64,000 nt of DNA from Pseudomonadota bacterium. Lineage in GTDB: Bacteria; Babelota; Babeliae; Babelales; CAIQNR01. Below the pieces are notes generated by a model that ran no database searches, was not told the DNA's origin, and was given only the letters and a program-made list of their open reading frames with translations. Location of the stretch: contig JAIYDZ010000006.1 of NCBI GenBank assembly GCA_027487215.1, positions 1,829-65,828 on the forward strand, written 5' to 3'. The translations under genes were made by a program, and so were the position numbers. Below are positions 9,776-18,702 of the stretch, one piece after another; the stretch's first letter is position 1, and each line of letters begins with the position of its first letter.

Positions 9776-10840
9776 ATGTCGGCATTAAAGCGACTTTTAG
9801 TCATAGTTTTTTTCATGACCTGCCCTGAACTACTCAATGCAGTCGTGAAGCTCCCTTCAAATTTTTATAGCCTTTCTTTACAAAAAAACAAATCTGTTAA
9901 ATCAGTATCAATACTTGATATTTTAGACAGTGAACCTATTTTTTTTATTGTGGTTCCTGATTCATCACTTCAAGCAGCTGATGTTCAAGATAAATTTAAA
10001 GAATTGTATGAATTTACCCAAGATCTTACCATTCCTGCCGATTTTTTTGCGTCTAAAAGTCCTTCAATAAGTAAAAAACCCGTTGTGCTTTATCTTGCCT
10101 GGGATGAACAAGAAAACGCACAAGTGCGTAAACGAGCCGCACAAGATCTCGCAACAGGAATTAATTCTTTACGCTATCGATTTAAATCATCTCAATTTAT
10201 CGTGCTTGGTCACGGTCAAGGCGGTAATATTATTAATAGTGCAAGCCAACAGATTCGCCTCCCTCTTGAAGTCGCTATTAACCTTTCAACTCCAATCTTT
10301 CCTCACGGCCAAGACACCAATTCACCTGAGCTGTATGCAGACTATCTACCAGATACACAAAAAATTAACCGTCTTTTTTGTTATTATTCTGACCAAGATT
10401 TTCGTGTTATCCATCCAACACTTCACCCACGCTATGAACATATGTATCAAAGTAGTGCCCACCCGCACCTTTCAAATGTATTATTGCTTGTAAATAACAA
10501 ACACCCGCTTACTCATGAAACATTAAGGCCTTTGGTTGGAAAAAAAATTGTGCAACTCTCAAAAAAAATTGGCGACACCTATCGCAATCACACCCATTTT
10601 ATTGCGCATATCAGTTCTATAAAACCAGAAACAGATATGCTTGTCGTGCTACGTGATAGCACAACCAGTTCTTCAGTTGAGCAGATAGCACCCGAATCAA
10701 TTGCACAAGAACGAATGCTTAGCCAAGTGCGCATACAAAAGTTTGAAAAAGAATGGGGCCGTCCACTGGCAACGACCCTCAAATCTGGTGAAAAATCACG
10801 TATGCGTTATCAAAGTGTTAAACTAGCTTCAACTACTTAA
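9776..10840 (+). CDS. Secreted alpha/beta-hydrolase-like protein with Ser-to-Gly at the nucleophile elbow
   Basis: 354 aa. Signal peptide MSALKRLLVIVFFMTCPELLNA. FIVLGHGQGGNII resembles the lipase/esterase GHSxGG elbow, but the Ser position is Gly (GGT). Confidence 0.45.
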   Translation: MSALKRLLVIVFFMTCPELLNAVVKLPSNFYSLSLQKNKSVKSVSILDILDSEPIFFIVVPDSSLQAADVQDKFKELYEFTQDLTIPADFFASKSPSISKKPVVLYLAWDEQENAQVRKRAAQDLATGINSLRYRFKSSQFIVLGHGQGGNIINSASQQIRLPLEVAINLSTPIFPHGQDTNSPELYADYLPDTQKINRLFCYYSDQDFRVIHPTLHPRYEHMYQSSAHPHLSNVLLLVNNKHPLTHETLRPLVGKKIVQLSKKIGDTYRNHTHFIAHISSIKPETDMLVVLRDSTTSSSVEQIAPESIAQERMLSQVRIQKFEKEWGRPLATTLKSGEKSRMRYQSVKLASTT

Positions 10841-10846
10841 TAAACG

Positions 10847-12289
10847 TTACATCAATTTTGAAGCAAGCTCACTGAGGATTCCACGCTCACTGGTTTCAAG
10901 AAAAACAGTTGCAAACAGTTCCTGATCTTTAAACTTGTCACTTGCAACAACAAGTCCATTACTACTGAAATCAAGATACGGGGAGTCAATCTGATAAGGA
11001 TCGCCACAAAGTACAATCTTACTTCCTTGGCCAACACGACTGATGATTGTTTTGGCTTCATGCGGGCTTAAGTTTTGTACCTCATCAATCAAAATGAACT
11101 GATAAGGTATAGAACGACCTCGCATGTAGGTAATAGCCTCTAAGCTCAATTTATCCTGATGCATAAGATCTTCAACAGAATTAAGACCTTCGCGTTCTTT
11201 GCGCATCATTTTTTTAGCTGATTTTTTCTTACTCTTTTTGCCATGTTTAAAATCATGCTCAAATTCATCATTTTCATCAGAATAATGTGCCGCCTTTAAA
11301 TGTTGTCCCACTAATGTTGCATGTAAAATTACCCCTACGTTGTCATAGACAGGTTGCATCCATGAGTGCATTTTTTCTTGCAAATCACCTGGAAGATATC
11401 CAATATCTGGCCCTAACGGAACTACCGGACGAGAGACCATTATCTTTTTATAAATATCCTGTACAAGGACCTGATGAAGGCCTGCCATTAATGCCAAGAA
11501 TGTTTTCCCTGTCCCTGCTGGCCCGAGTAAGGTAACCAGTTCAATAGCAGGATCAAACAATGCATCAAGCGCCATCAACTGTTGCGGATTACGTGCACCG
11601 ATATCCCAACGAAGCTGGGGGTGCTCAACTGCCTGAAACTTCTTTTTAGTGGTGGTATGACGATAAACACGATAGTTGTGAGGATTGTGTTGTGATTCAA
11701 CAAGGACATACTCATTGGGCATAAATTGATAATTTTTAGCAAATTCAACAAGATCATCCGGAACATCCTGTTTAAGTTGTACTGCCGGTACGACTAAACG
11801 CACCCACCCTTTATAAAATTCATCTCGTGGAACATACCCTTTTAAATAATCTTCTGACTCTAAACCTAACACATCGGCTTTAACACGAGCGTTTAAGTCT
11901 TTTGAAATAAACTTAACTTCATAGCCCTGTTCATGCAGACCAAATGCAGTTAATAAAATTTCATTGTCAGCAAGTTTAGTATTGAATGATGAACCAAGCG
12001 ACATATTTTCTGGTGGAAACAATATTTGAGCGCGACCACCTGTATCAAGAGCTACACCTTCGCCCAATGAACCTTCTTTACGAAGATCATCAAGGAAACG
12101 AACAAACTCTCGTGCATTCTTACCACGCTCGGAAGTTTCTTTTTTAAACTTTTCAAGTTCTTCAAGTACAATAATAGGAATTCCAACGGTACCGTTAGGG
12201 AAGTTAAATAAGGCTCGAGGATCATGCAGTAAGACGTTGGTATCTAAGATGTACATTTTTCCTGTAGAGATTTGTTTTTTTGCTGACAT
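10847..12289 (-). CDS. PIN-domain / PhoH-like ATPase fusion (PhoH2/YlaK type)
   Basis: N-terminal PIN (YILDTNVLLHDP...). Walker A GPAGTGKTFLA. Walker B ILIDEVQN. PhoH C-terminal block. Confidence 0.85.
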   Translation of the reverse strand: MSAKKQISTGKMYILDTNVLLHDPRALFNFPNGTVGIPIIVLEELEKFKKETSERGKNAREFVRFLDDLRKEGSLGEGVALDTGGRAQILFPPENMSLGSSFNTKLADNEILLTAFGLHEQGYEVKFISKDLNARVKADVLGLESEDYLKGYVPRDEFYKGWVRLVVPAVQLKQDVPDDLVEFAKNYQFMPNEYVLVESQHNPHNYRVYRHTTTKKKFQAVEHPQLRWDIGARNPQQLMALDALFDPAIELVTLLGPAGTGKTFLALMAGLHQVLVQDIYKKIMVSRPVVPLGPDIGYLPGDLQEKMHSWMQPVYDNVGVILHATLVGQHLKAAHYSDENDEFEHDFKHGKKSKKKSAKKMMRKEREGLNSVEDLMHQDKLSLEAITYMRGRSIPYQFILIDEVQNLSPHEAKTIISRVGQGSKIVLCGDPYQIDSPYLDFSSNGLVVASDKFKDQELFATVFLETSERGILSELASKLM

Positions 12290-12492
12290 CTGCCTATACC
12301 CTTTAGTTTAAGAATTAAACGGGTTATCACCGGAGAGTGTATCACCCTGTTTTAAAATTAAACAACAAAATCGCCACCAACTCTGATGTATTGCTTTTTT
12401 AGGAAGGAAGGTTTATTTTTACAGCGATTTTGATACACTTAAAACCTCTCTGGTAAAATCTACAAACCGTCTTCATTTGCAAAGGAAATTCA

Positions 12493-14202
12493 ATGAATAA
12501 GCATGAAGATATAAAAACTCTTCGACATTCAGCAGCCCATTTACTTGCTCATGCAATCACAGAACTTTTTCCTCACACACAATTGACCATTGGACCTGCA
12601 ACTGAAACGGGTTTCTTTTATGACTTTTTACCAGAATCTAATTTTAAAGAAACGGATCTGCCACGCATTGCGCAGCGCATGCAAGAAATAGTACAACGTA
12701 ATGTACCTTTAACACACACACAAATTTCAAAAGACGAAGCACGCAAATTGTATGCTTCTAATAAATTTAAGCTTGAATTGATTGATGACCTTGAAGGTGA
12801 GACTGTCGGTCTTGCACAACAAGCAGATTTTTATGATTTATGTCGTGGTGGCCACGTTACATCAACAGGTAAACTTGCACACTTTAAGCTCACAGGAATT
12901 TCAGGATCTTACTGGCGTGCTGATAGAAACGGAATTGCACTTCAACGTATTAGTGGTGTCATATTTTTTACACAAGATGAGCTTAATGCACATGAACAAA
13001 GAATTGAAGATGCGCAACGTTATGATCACCGCAGACTAGGAAAACAGCTTGATCTTTTTTCATTCCATGAAGAAGGTGTTGGTTTTCCATTTTTCCATCC
13101 TAAAGGCAAGCTTATTTTAAATGAGCTTCAAGGATTTATGCGGGCTCGTCTTGCTGATGCAGGATACAAAGAAATTGAAACACCAATGATGCTAAGCGAC
13201 GAACTGTGGCGTAGATCAGGGCACTATGAATTTTATAAAAACAACATGTATTTCTCAAATGTTGAAAATAAAAACTACGCAATTAAACCAATGAATTGTC
13301 CTGGTTCTATTTTAATTTATAAAGAACGTCCACGCTCTTATCGTGAACTTCCATTACGTTTAAGTGAATTTGGAAAAGTCCACAGACACGAACTCTCGGG
13401 CGTATTGCATGGTCTATTTAGAGTCCGCGCATTCACTCAAGATGATGCGCATATTTATTGTCCAATTGAACTTGTTGAGCAAGAAATTTTATCTAACATA
13501 ACTGTCCTTATGAAAGTTATGAAACGTTGCGGTTTTGATTCAATCAAAAAAATTGGAATCTCAACACGTCCTGAAAACGCAATGGGCGATCAAGCAGTAT
13601 GGGATCAAGCAACTGACGCACTTAAAAATGCGCTCCAAAAAGCGGGTCTTGAGTACCACATCAAAGAAGGTGAAGGCGCTTTTTACGGACCAAAAATAGA
13701 ATTTATTATTCAGGATTCTATGAAACGCGAATGGCAATGCGGAACAATTCAAGTTGACTTCTTCCAACCTGAGAACTTTGATTTAAGCTACGTCTCAGCT
13801 GGCGGTGAGCTTAAACGTCCTGTTATTATTCATCAAGCACTCTACGGTTCGCTTGAAAGATTTTTAGGCGTACTACTTGAACACCATAAAGGAAATCTTC
13901 CGTTGTGGCTTGCTCCAGTACAAGCAAAAATTCTTACTGTTTCACAAGAACAAAAAGAGTATGCAAAAAACGTACATGATATACTTAAAAAAGCTGGTGT
14001 ACGCGTGGAAATCGATGAATCGTCAGATGCACTTTCTGGGCAAATAAAAGACGCTCAAGAAAAACGAATTCCGTGGATGTTGGTAGTTGGAAAAAAAGAA
14101 GCGGCACAAAATACAGTAACCTTGCGTATGCTTAACGGCACACAAGAACAAGGACTTACATTCGAAACACTTCTTGAAAAAGCTGCTGCTTTACTAAATT
14201 AA
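12493..14202 (+). CDS. thrS: Threonyl-tRNA synthetase (no N-terminal TGS domain)
   Basis: 569 aa. Begins directly with the editing-domain HSAAHLLAHA motif. Class II core FRVRAFTQDDAHIY. Confidence 0.95.
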   Translation: MNKHEDIKTLRHSAAHLLAHAITELFPHTQLTIGPATETGFFYDFLPESNFKETDLPRIAQRMQEIVQRNVPLTHTQISKDEARKLYASNKFKLELIDDLEGETVGLAQQADFYDLCRGGHVTSTGKLAHFKLTGISGSYWRADRNGIALQRISGVIFFTQDELNAHEQRIEDAQRYDHRRLGKQLDLFSFHEEGVGFPFFHPKGKLILNELQGFMRARLADAGYKEIETPMMLSDELWRRSGHYEFYKNNMYFSNVENKNYAIKPMNCPGSILIYKERPRSYRELPLRLSEFGKVHRHELSGVLHGLFRVRAFTQDDAHIYCPIELVEQEILSNITVLMKVMKRCGFDSIKKIGISTRPENAMGDQAVWDQATDALKNALQKAGLEYHIKEGEGAFYGPKIEFIIQDSMKREWQCGTIQVDFFQPENFDLSYVSAGGELKRPVIIHQALYGSLERFLGVLLEHHKGNLPLWLAPVQAKILTVSQEQKEYAKNVHDILKKAGVRVEIDESSDALSGQIKDAQEKRIPWMLVVGKKEAAQNTVTLRMLNGTQEQGLTFETLLEKAAALLN

Positions 14203-14302
14203 TGTATCACTGAAAAAATGCTCCCAGATATTCTTTTAAAGTTTTCTGGGAACTTCTTTTAAAAAAATTACAATTTTTAAAAGAAGATGCGCCTAAAATA
14301 TA

Positions 14303-14332
14303 TTGACTTTTTGTCACTGAAATTTGTACTAT
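14303..14332 (+). promoter_or_regulatory. Putative promoter of the histone-like gene
   Basis: TTGACT (14303-14308), 18-nt spacer, TACTAT (14327-14332). Confidence 0.35.
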
Positions 14333-14411
14333 CAAAAGTGTAAACAACTAGCATGTGCATCAAGAGAAAAAAAGGAGATATGAGTAACCCCAAATGAAGA
14401 GGGAGAGTGCA

Positions 14412-14711
14412 ATGGTAGTTAAGAAGAAAAAAGTAGCTAAACGTAAAGCTGCTCCGAAAAAAAGAACAGTTAAGCGTAAAGCTGCTCCGAAAAAAGCTGC
14501 TGCTAAGCGTAAAGCTGCTCCGAAAAAGGCTGCTGCTAAACGTAAAACCGCTAAACGTAAAACCGCTGCTAAAAAGTCAGCTGTAAAACGTAAAGCTGCT
14601 CCGAAAAAAAGAACAGTTAAGCGTAAAACCGCTAAGCGTAAAGCTGTTAAGCGCAAAAAGACTACTACTACTTCTGTAGTTGGAAGTCTTCTTGCTCGCA
14701 TGAGCAAGTAA
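14412..14711 (+). CDS. Lys/Ala-rich histone-H1-like basic protein (KRKAAPKK repeats)
   Basis: ATG at 14412 is preceded by GAGGGAGAG. Product MVVKKKKVA(KRKAAPKKRTV)(KRKAAPKKAAA)x2... has an 11-aa/33-nt periodicity. A bidirectional terminator follows. Confidence 0.7.
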   Translation: MVVKKKKVAKRKAAPKKRTVKRKAAPKKAAAKRKAAPKKAAAKRKTAKRKTAAKKSAVKRKAAPKKRTVKRKTAKRKAVKRKKTTTTSVVGSLLARMSK

Positions 14712-14738
14712 GCTTAAGCTCGGACGCAAGTCTAAGAT

Positions 14739-14781
14739 AAAAAAATCGCCTACTCTGAAATAATGAGTGGGTGATTTTTTT
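14739..14781. terminator. Bidirectional terminator between the histone-like gene and nth
   Basis: 11-bp stem 14745-14755/14765-14775 (two G-U pairs), flanked by an A-run and a T-run. Confidence 0.6.
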
Positions 14782-15487
14782 AGCGCTGTTTTTTTACATT
14801 CTTTTGAAGACAAAACTGTTTCACAGGGCACGCAGAACAATAAGGAACAAGCGGAAAACATTTATTTTGCCCCCACATGACAAGTAAATGATTAAGCTCA
14901 ACCCATAACTCTCGTGGTACAATTTTTTCAAGCTCTCGCTCTGTTTGTTCAGGCGTAGTAGTAGTTACCCATCCAAGTCTATTACTAATCCTATGAACAT
15001 GAGTATCAACACACAAAGCAGGAATATCAAAAGCATTTCCTAATACTAAATTAGCCGTTTTAGGGCCCACTCCTGTTAAGCCTAAAAGCTCATCTTTAGT
15101 TGAAGGAACTATACCATTAAAATGAGTAATTAATTGATTACAAAGCGCATGTAATTGAGATGCTTTTTGATGAGAAAAGCCAACGGGATAAATGACATGT
15201 GCAACTATTTCAACAGGAACTGCGCGTAGCTGTTCTGGAGTTTGCGCAAGATGAAAAAGTCGAATACTTGCAGGTAAAGAAACAGTATCTCTTGTTCGTA
15301 AACTTAAAATACAACTGACAAGAATAAGAAAAGGATTTTTACCATAGAGACGAATAATCTCCAAAGCTGCCGGACGAGTCATTAAAGACGTAGAACACCG
15401 CAATGTTTTTATTGTCTCTAAAATATACTCACGCTTTAAAACGTCGGCTACTTTGGAGTCATTCTTTTGGAAATCTTGAAACTTCAT
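14780..15487 (-). CDS. nth: Endonuclease III
   Basis: HhH-GPD motif LTGVGPKTANLVLG. C-terminal 4Fe-4S ligands CFPLVPYCSACPVKQFC. Confidence 0.9.
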   Translation of the reverse strand: MKFQDFQKNDSKVADVLKREYILETIKTLRCSTSLMTRPAALEIIRLYGKNPFLILVSCILSLRTRDTVSLPASIRLFHLAQTPEQLRAVPVEIVAHVIYPVGFSHQKASQLHALCNQLITHFNGIVPSTKDELLGLTGVGPKTANLVLGNAFDIPALCVDTHVHRISNRLGWVTTTTPEQTERELEKIVPRELWVELNHLLVMWGQNKCFPLVPYCSACPVKQFCLQKNVKKQR

Positions 15488-15517
15488 AATAATGAATTTC
15501 AGAGCTTTCGATCGTTC

Positions 15518-15595
15518 TTACACTATTGGTGGTTGAAGTTGTAAAACGAGAGCAAGAACGAAGAAAGAATTAAGAAAAATGCTTTTTAAGTCCAT
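15518..15595 (-). CDS. Possible 25-aa hydrophobic micropeptide upstream of nth
   Basis: Hand-translated MDLKSIFLNSFFVLALVLQLQPPIV. Consensus AAGGAG lies 7 nt upstream of the ATG. Too short for independent support. Confidence 0.2.
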   Translation of the reverse strand: MDLKSIFLNSFFVLALVLQLQPPIV

Positions 15596-15786
15596 AATGC
15601 ACTCCTTCGAGTTAAGGTTAAAACTCAAGTGCACAGTATAATGGCCTTACTTTAAAAAATCAAATGAATATATTCTCTAAATAAACGTTCAATAGAGCGC
15701 TCTGAATGGCCTCCAGAGAACTCTATACACAATAATTTTTCTCGACTGCCTGATTTACTGTTACCTTCTTTACAAATAAGACTACT

Positions 15787-18606
15787 GTGATATCATCAAA
15801 TCGCCCTGTCAATCATTATGCGACGCATAGTGCAACAATCCATCGCATAAAACATAAGGTAAAAAAAAAAGTGGTTGAAATAGTAAAAGCACTGGCCAAT
15901 TTCTTTTACGATATTGAGACAATTCGCTACTTGGTTATGATGCTTCATGGAATTTCTTTTATCTTCAAAATTAGCCTTATGGTGCCGTTTGGCAAACGAA
16001 TAGCGCAAAGTGTAAAACCATCGGCATCGTGGATATTTCTTTTTATCGCAATTTTTTGTTCTGCAATTGAAGACTTTTCTTGGATTGCCTCTCTTTCACG
16101 CTCTACTTTTTATACCTCTGTTGATTATCGTTACATTCTGTTCATAATTCGATGCACATGGGCAACCAACATTCTTATGTACCAATCATTGGCACTCTTC
16201 TTAGAATCTTTCACAGAAAACAATCATAAAATAAGCCTGCACCAAAAAATCTCTATTACAATCAGTAGTTGTTTTTTTGCAATACCGCTGTTTCTTGCAT
16301 TTTTTAAATTTAATTCATTTGAAGTAGTAAACCGTCCAGCACTTGAGTTTCATACCTATTTTATAGAAACTATCTACGTACTTTGTATTTTAATGCCTCT
16401 AACTTTATTGTATGTATGGAGAAAAACACAGCATCTTACTTCAATGAAAATCTTGAAAAGACAGCTTGATACTGTAATGAAGCTCCATATTATACCTCAC
16501 CTTCTTGTCAATATTTACCAAGCATTACCCAATGCAATTTACACTGCAAACTCTTCAGTTAGTCTTCTTGCTCTCGGGTTTTCCAATCTACTTTTGACCG
16601 CCGGTCTTTTTTATTCTCTTAAACAGATTATTGGACTGCGATTTTTAGACGTACACAGCCATGTACACTCACCGGGAAACTTTAATTTTACTCATGACTT
16701 TAAAGAAATTCTTGATTCATTAGGTTCTGCTGCCACCATTAGTGAAGTAAAATTATTAACCCAACGTTTTTTTAAACAAGCATTTAATATTCCCAACGCA
16801 AGCACTGAGCTTATTGTACGCTCTTCAGAACAAAACTTTTATGTCGGTTATAAAAATATTACCTACCAAACTTCTGAGAACTCAGTAGTAGAATTCTTCT
16901 TACAAAATGCTGATCCAGAAACCTCTAGAAATGCATTGGAATATCTTAAAGACTCAAAAATTTTAATTTATGATGAAGTTGAATATGACAACTTTTATGA
17001 AAATGATCAGACACGAGCAATAATTTTAACATTTATGAATCAAATTCATGCTGATATTTTTTTACCTATTTATGAACAGAACAATATTGTCGGATATATT
17101 ACTGTTGAACGACACGCACGAGAAAAAAGACTCTACAGTGACATTGAACGCGATGAAATGATCGTCTTTGCAAGTTACCTTTCAAAAATAATTAACCTTC
17201 TTCAAAACAGGAACCTCAATGAACTGCTTAAACAAAGAAAAGACATTGTTGAAGAACTTTATGTAAAACATCAGGAAGTCAATCAATACAAAGAAAGTAT
17301 TCGCTCTTTTTTACACAGTACTGAACAAGATATTGGAATCGTCTTTTACAAAAACAAAAAGTTTATATTTGCAAACAAAGAAGCACGTACCATTATTGGT
17401 ATTGATCCAAACATCCAAGAAGGTCATCCCATTTCAAAAGCGCTCAAGCAAAGCGCTGTACAATCATTTATTTATAAAACAAACCAAACACAGTTAGTAA
17501 AAGATGCTTCTGGAAAACAAATTATAGTATCAGCTGTTCCTTATCTTGATGATAACACGGTCATTATTATGGTTCATTATCCAAAGATGTATGACGTGAT
17601 TAAATCTCAGATTGATGCAATCAGAGACCCTTCCGATTGGGACTACCTGTTATATCTTGAAACAACTCAATCAGGAAAATTGATCAACAGATTAATTCCA
17701 GGTAATGGGTCAATATTTCTTAATTTCAAAATTGATTTATTAAAATTAGCGCTTACTAAAAAAGCACTTCTTTTGGATCTTCCAGAAGATGACATTATAT
17801 CTCTTGTTGAACTTCTTCATCATACCAGCTTACGAGAAACACTATACGTCCTTGATATTCAACGACAAATTTCCCACTCTGAAACCGCTATTAAACTTTT
17901 TGGAATCAATCCACTCTATACTAACAGTATTGATATTCCAATTCTTGAAAAGCTTAATAAAACAGGAACACTCTTTATAAAAAACATCCATCTTTTAGAT
18001 CTCGAATCACAAAACAATCTCGCACAATTTATTAGATACGGATTTTATACTGTATTTAAAAGTGATAAACGCGTTCAAGGCGATGTACGTATTATGTGTT
18101 CTTCAAATCTCGATCTAGCAGCACTGGTGCAAGAAGGAAGATTCTCTCAAATGCTCTTTAATGAACTACGGAAAGCAACACTTTCTATGCCACCACTTCT
18201 GAGTCTTCCTGAAATAGAAATGAATAAACTCGTAGAAGGATTTACAGAACAGGCCCTAACCTCTCCTGAACTAAATCCTCTTTTAGGGCTTTCTGAAAAA
18301 GATAAAGATTCTCTTATTACACAGCGTCCTATCAGCTTGCATGAACTTAAAAATTGTGTACAAAATCTTATTGTTAAAAAGTCAAAAAAACAGGATGTAT
18401 ACCACGAAACCCATTTTGATCAGACCTATCATGTTACTGATCCAAAACTGGTTGAAGCATCTCGTCTTGGAAAACATGCACTCAAAGATCCAAAAACATT
18501 AAATGTTTTATGGAACACATTCAAAAATAAAAACAAAATCGCTCTTTTTCTAGGAGTTAACCGTTCTTCAGTGCATCGCCGTTGCAAAGAATATAATATT
18601 GAATAG
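15787..18606 (+). CDS. Membrane-anchored GAF/PAS protein with a degenerate sigma-54-activator AAA+ domain and Fis-type HTH
   Basis: 939 aa. About 290-aa multi-TM N-terminus. GAF-like end (IFLPIYEQNNIVGYITVERHA). PAS-like (IGIVFYKNKKFIFANKEARTIIG). bEBP-like core GTLFIKNIHLL...DVRIMCSSN...LSMPPLLSL without a Walker A. C-terminal HTH IALFLGVNRSSVHRRCKEYNI. Confidence 0.7.
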   Translation: MISSNRPVNHYATHSATIHRIKHKVKKKVVEIVKALANFFYDIETIRYLVMMLHGISFIFKISLMVPFGKRIAQSVKPSASWIFLFIAIFCSAIEDFSWIASLSRSTFYTSVDYRYILFIIRCTWATNILMYQSLALFLESFTENNHKISLHQKISITISSCFFAIPLFLAFFKFNSFEVVNRPALEFHTYFIETIYVLCILMPLTLLYVWRKTQHLTSMKILKRQLDTVMKLHIIPHLLVNIYQALPNAIYTANSSVSLLALGFSNLLLTAGLFYSLKQIIGLRFLDVHSHVHSPGNFNFTHDFKEILDSLGSAATISEVKLLTQRFFKQAFNIPNASTELIVRSSEQNFYVGYKNITYQTSENSVVEFFLQNADPETSRNALEYLKDSKILIYDEVEYDNFYENDQTRAIILTFMNQIHADIFLPIYEQNNIVGYITVERHAREKRLYSDIERDEMIVFASYLSKIINLLQNRNLNELLKQRKDIVEELYVKHQEVNQYKESIRSFLHSTEQDIGIVFYKNKKFIFANKEARTIIGIDPNIQEGHPISKALKQSAVQSFIYKTNQTQLVKDASGKQIIVSAVPYLDDNTVIIMVHYPKMYDVIKSQIDAIRDPSDWDYLLYLETTQSGKLINRLIPGNGSIFLNFKIDLLKLALTKKALLLDLPEDDIISLVELLHHTSLRETLYVLDIQRQISHSETAIKLFGINPLYTNSIDIPILEKLNKTGTLFIKNIHLLDLESQNNLAQFIRYGFYTVFKSDKRVQGDVRIMCSSNLDLAALVQEGRFSQMLFNELRKATLSMPPLLSLPEIEMNKLVEGFTEQALTSPELNPLLGLSEKDKDSLITQRPISLHELKNCVQNLIVKKSKKQDVYHETHFDQTYHVTDPKLVEASRLGKHALKDPKTLNVLWNTFKNKNKIALFLGVNRSSVHRRCKEYNIE

Positions 18607-18702
18607 CTCAAGATTCTTTTTAAAAACATAAACAAAACAATTCTTATTGCCCTTTTATACTGACTTTTGTACCCTAGATGCTGAAAACAAAAAGGAGAAA
18701 GC

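Noticed and set aside
14360-14707. 115-aa antisense ORF (Leu/Ala/Arg-rich) and possible CRISPR-like periodicity of the 33-nt repeats
   Set aside because: The plus-strand frame has an SD, promoter-like element and terminator, and yields a coherent H1-like protein. The repeats are contiguous and in frame with no unique spacers, so this is not a CRISPR array.
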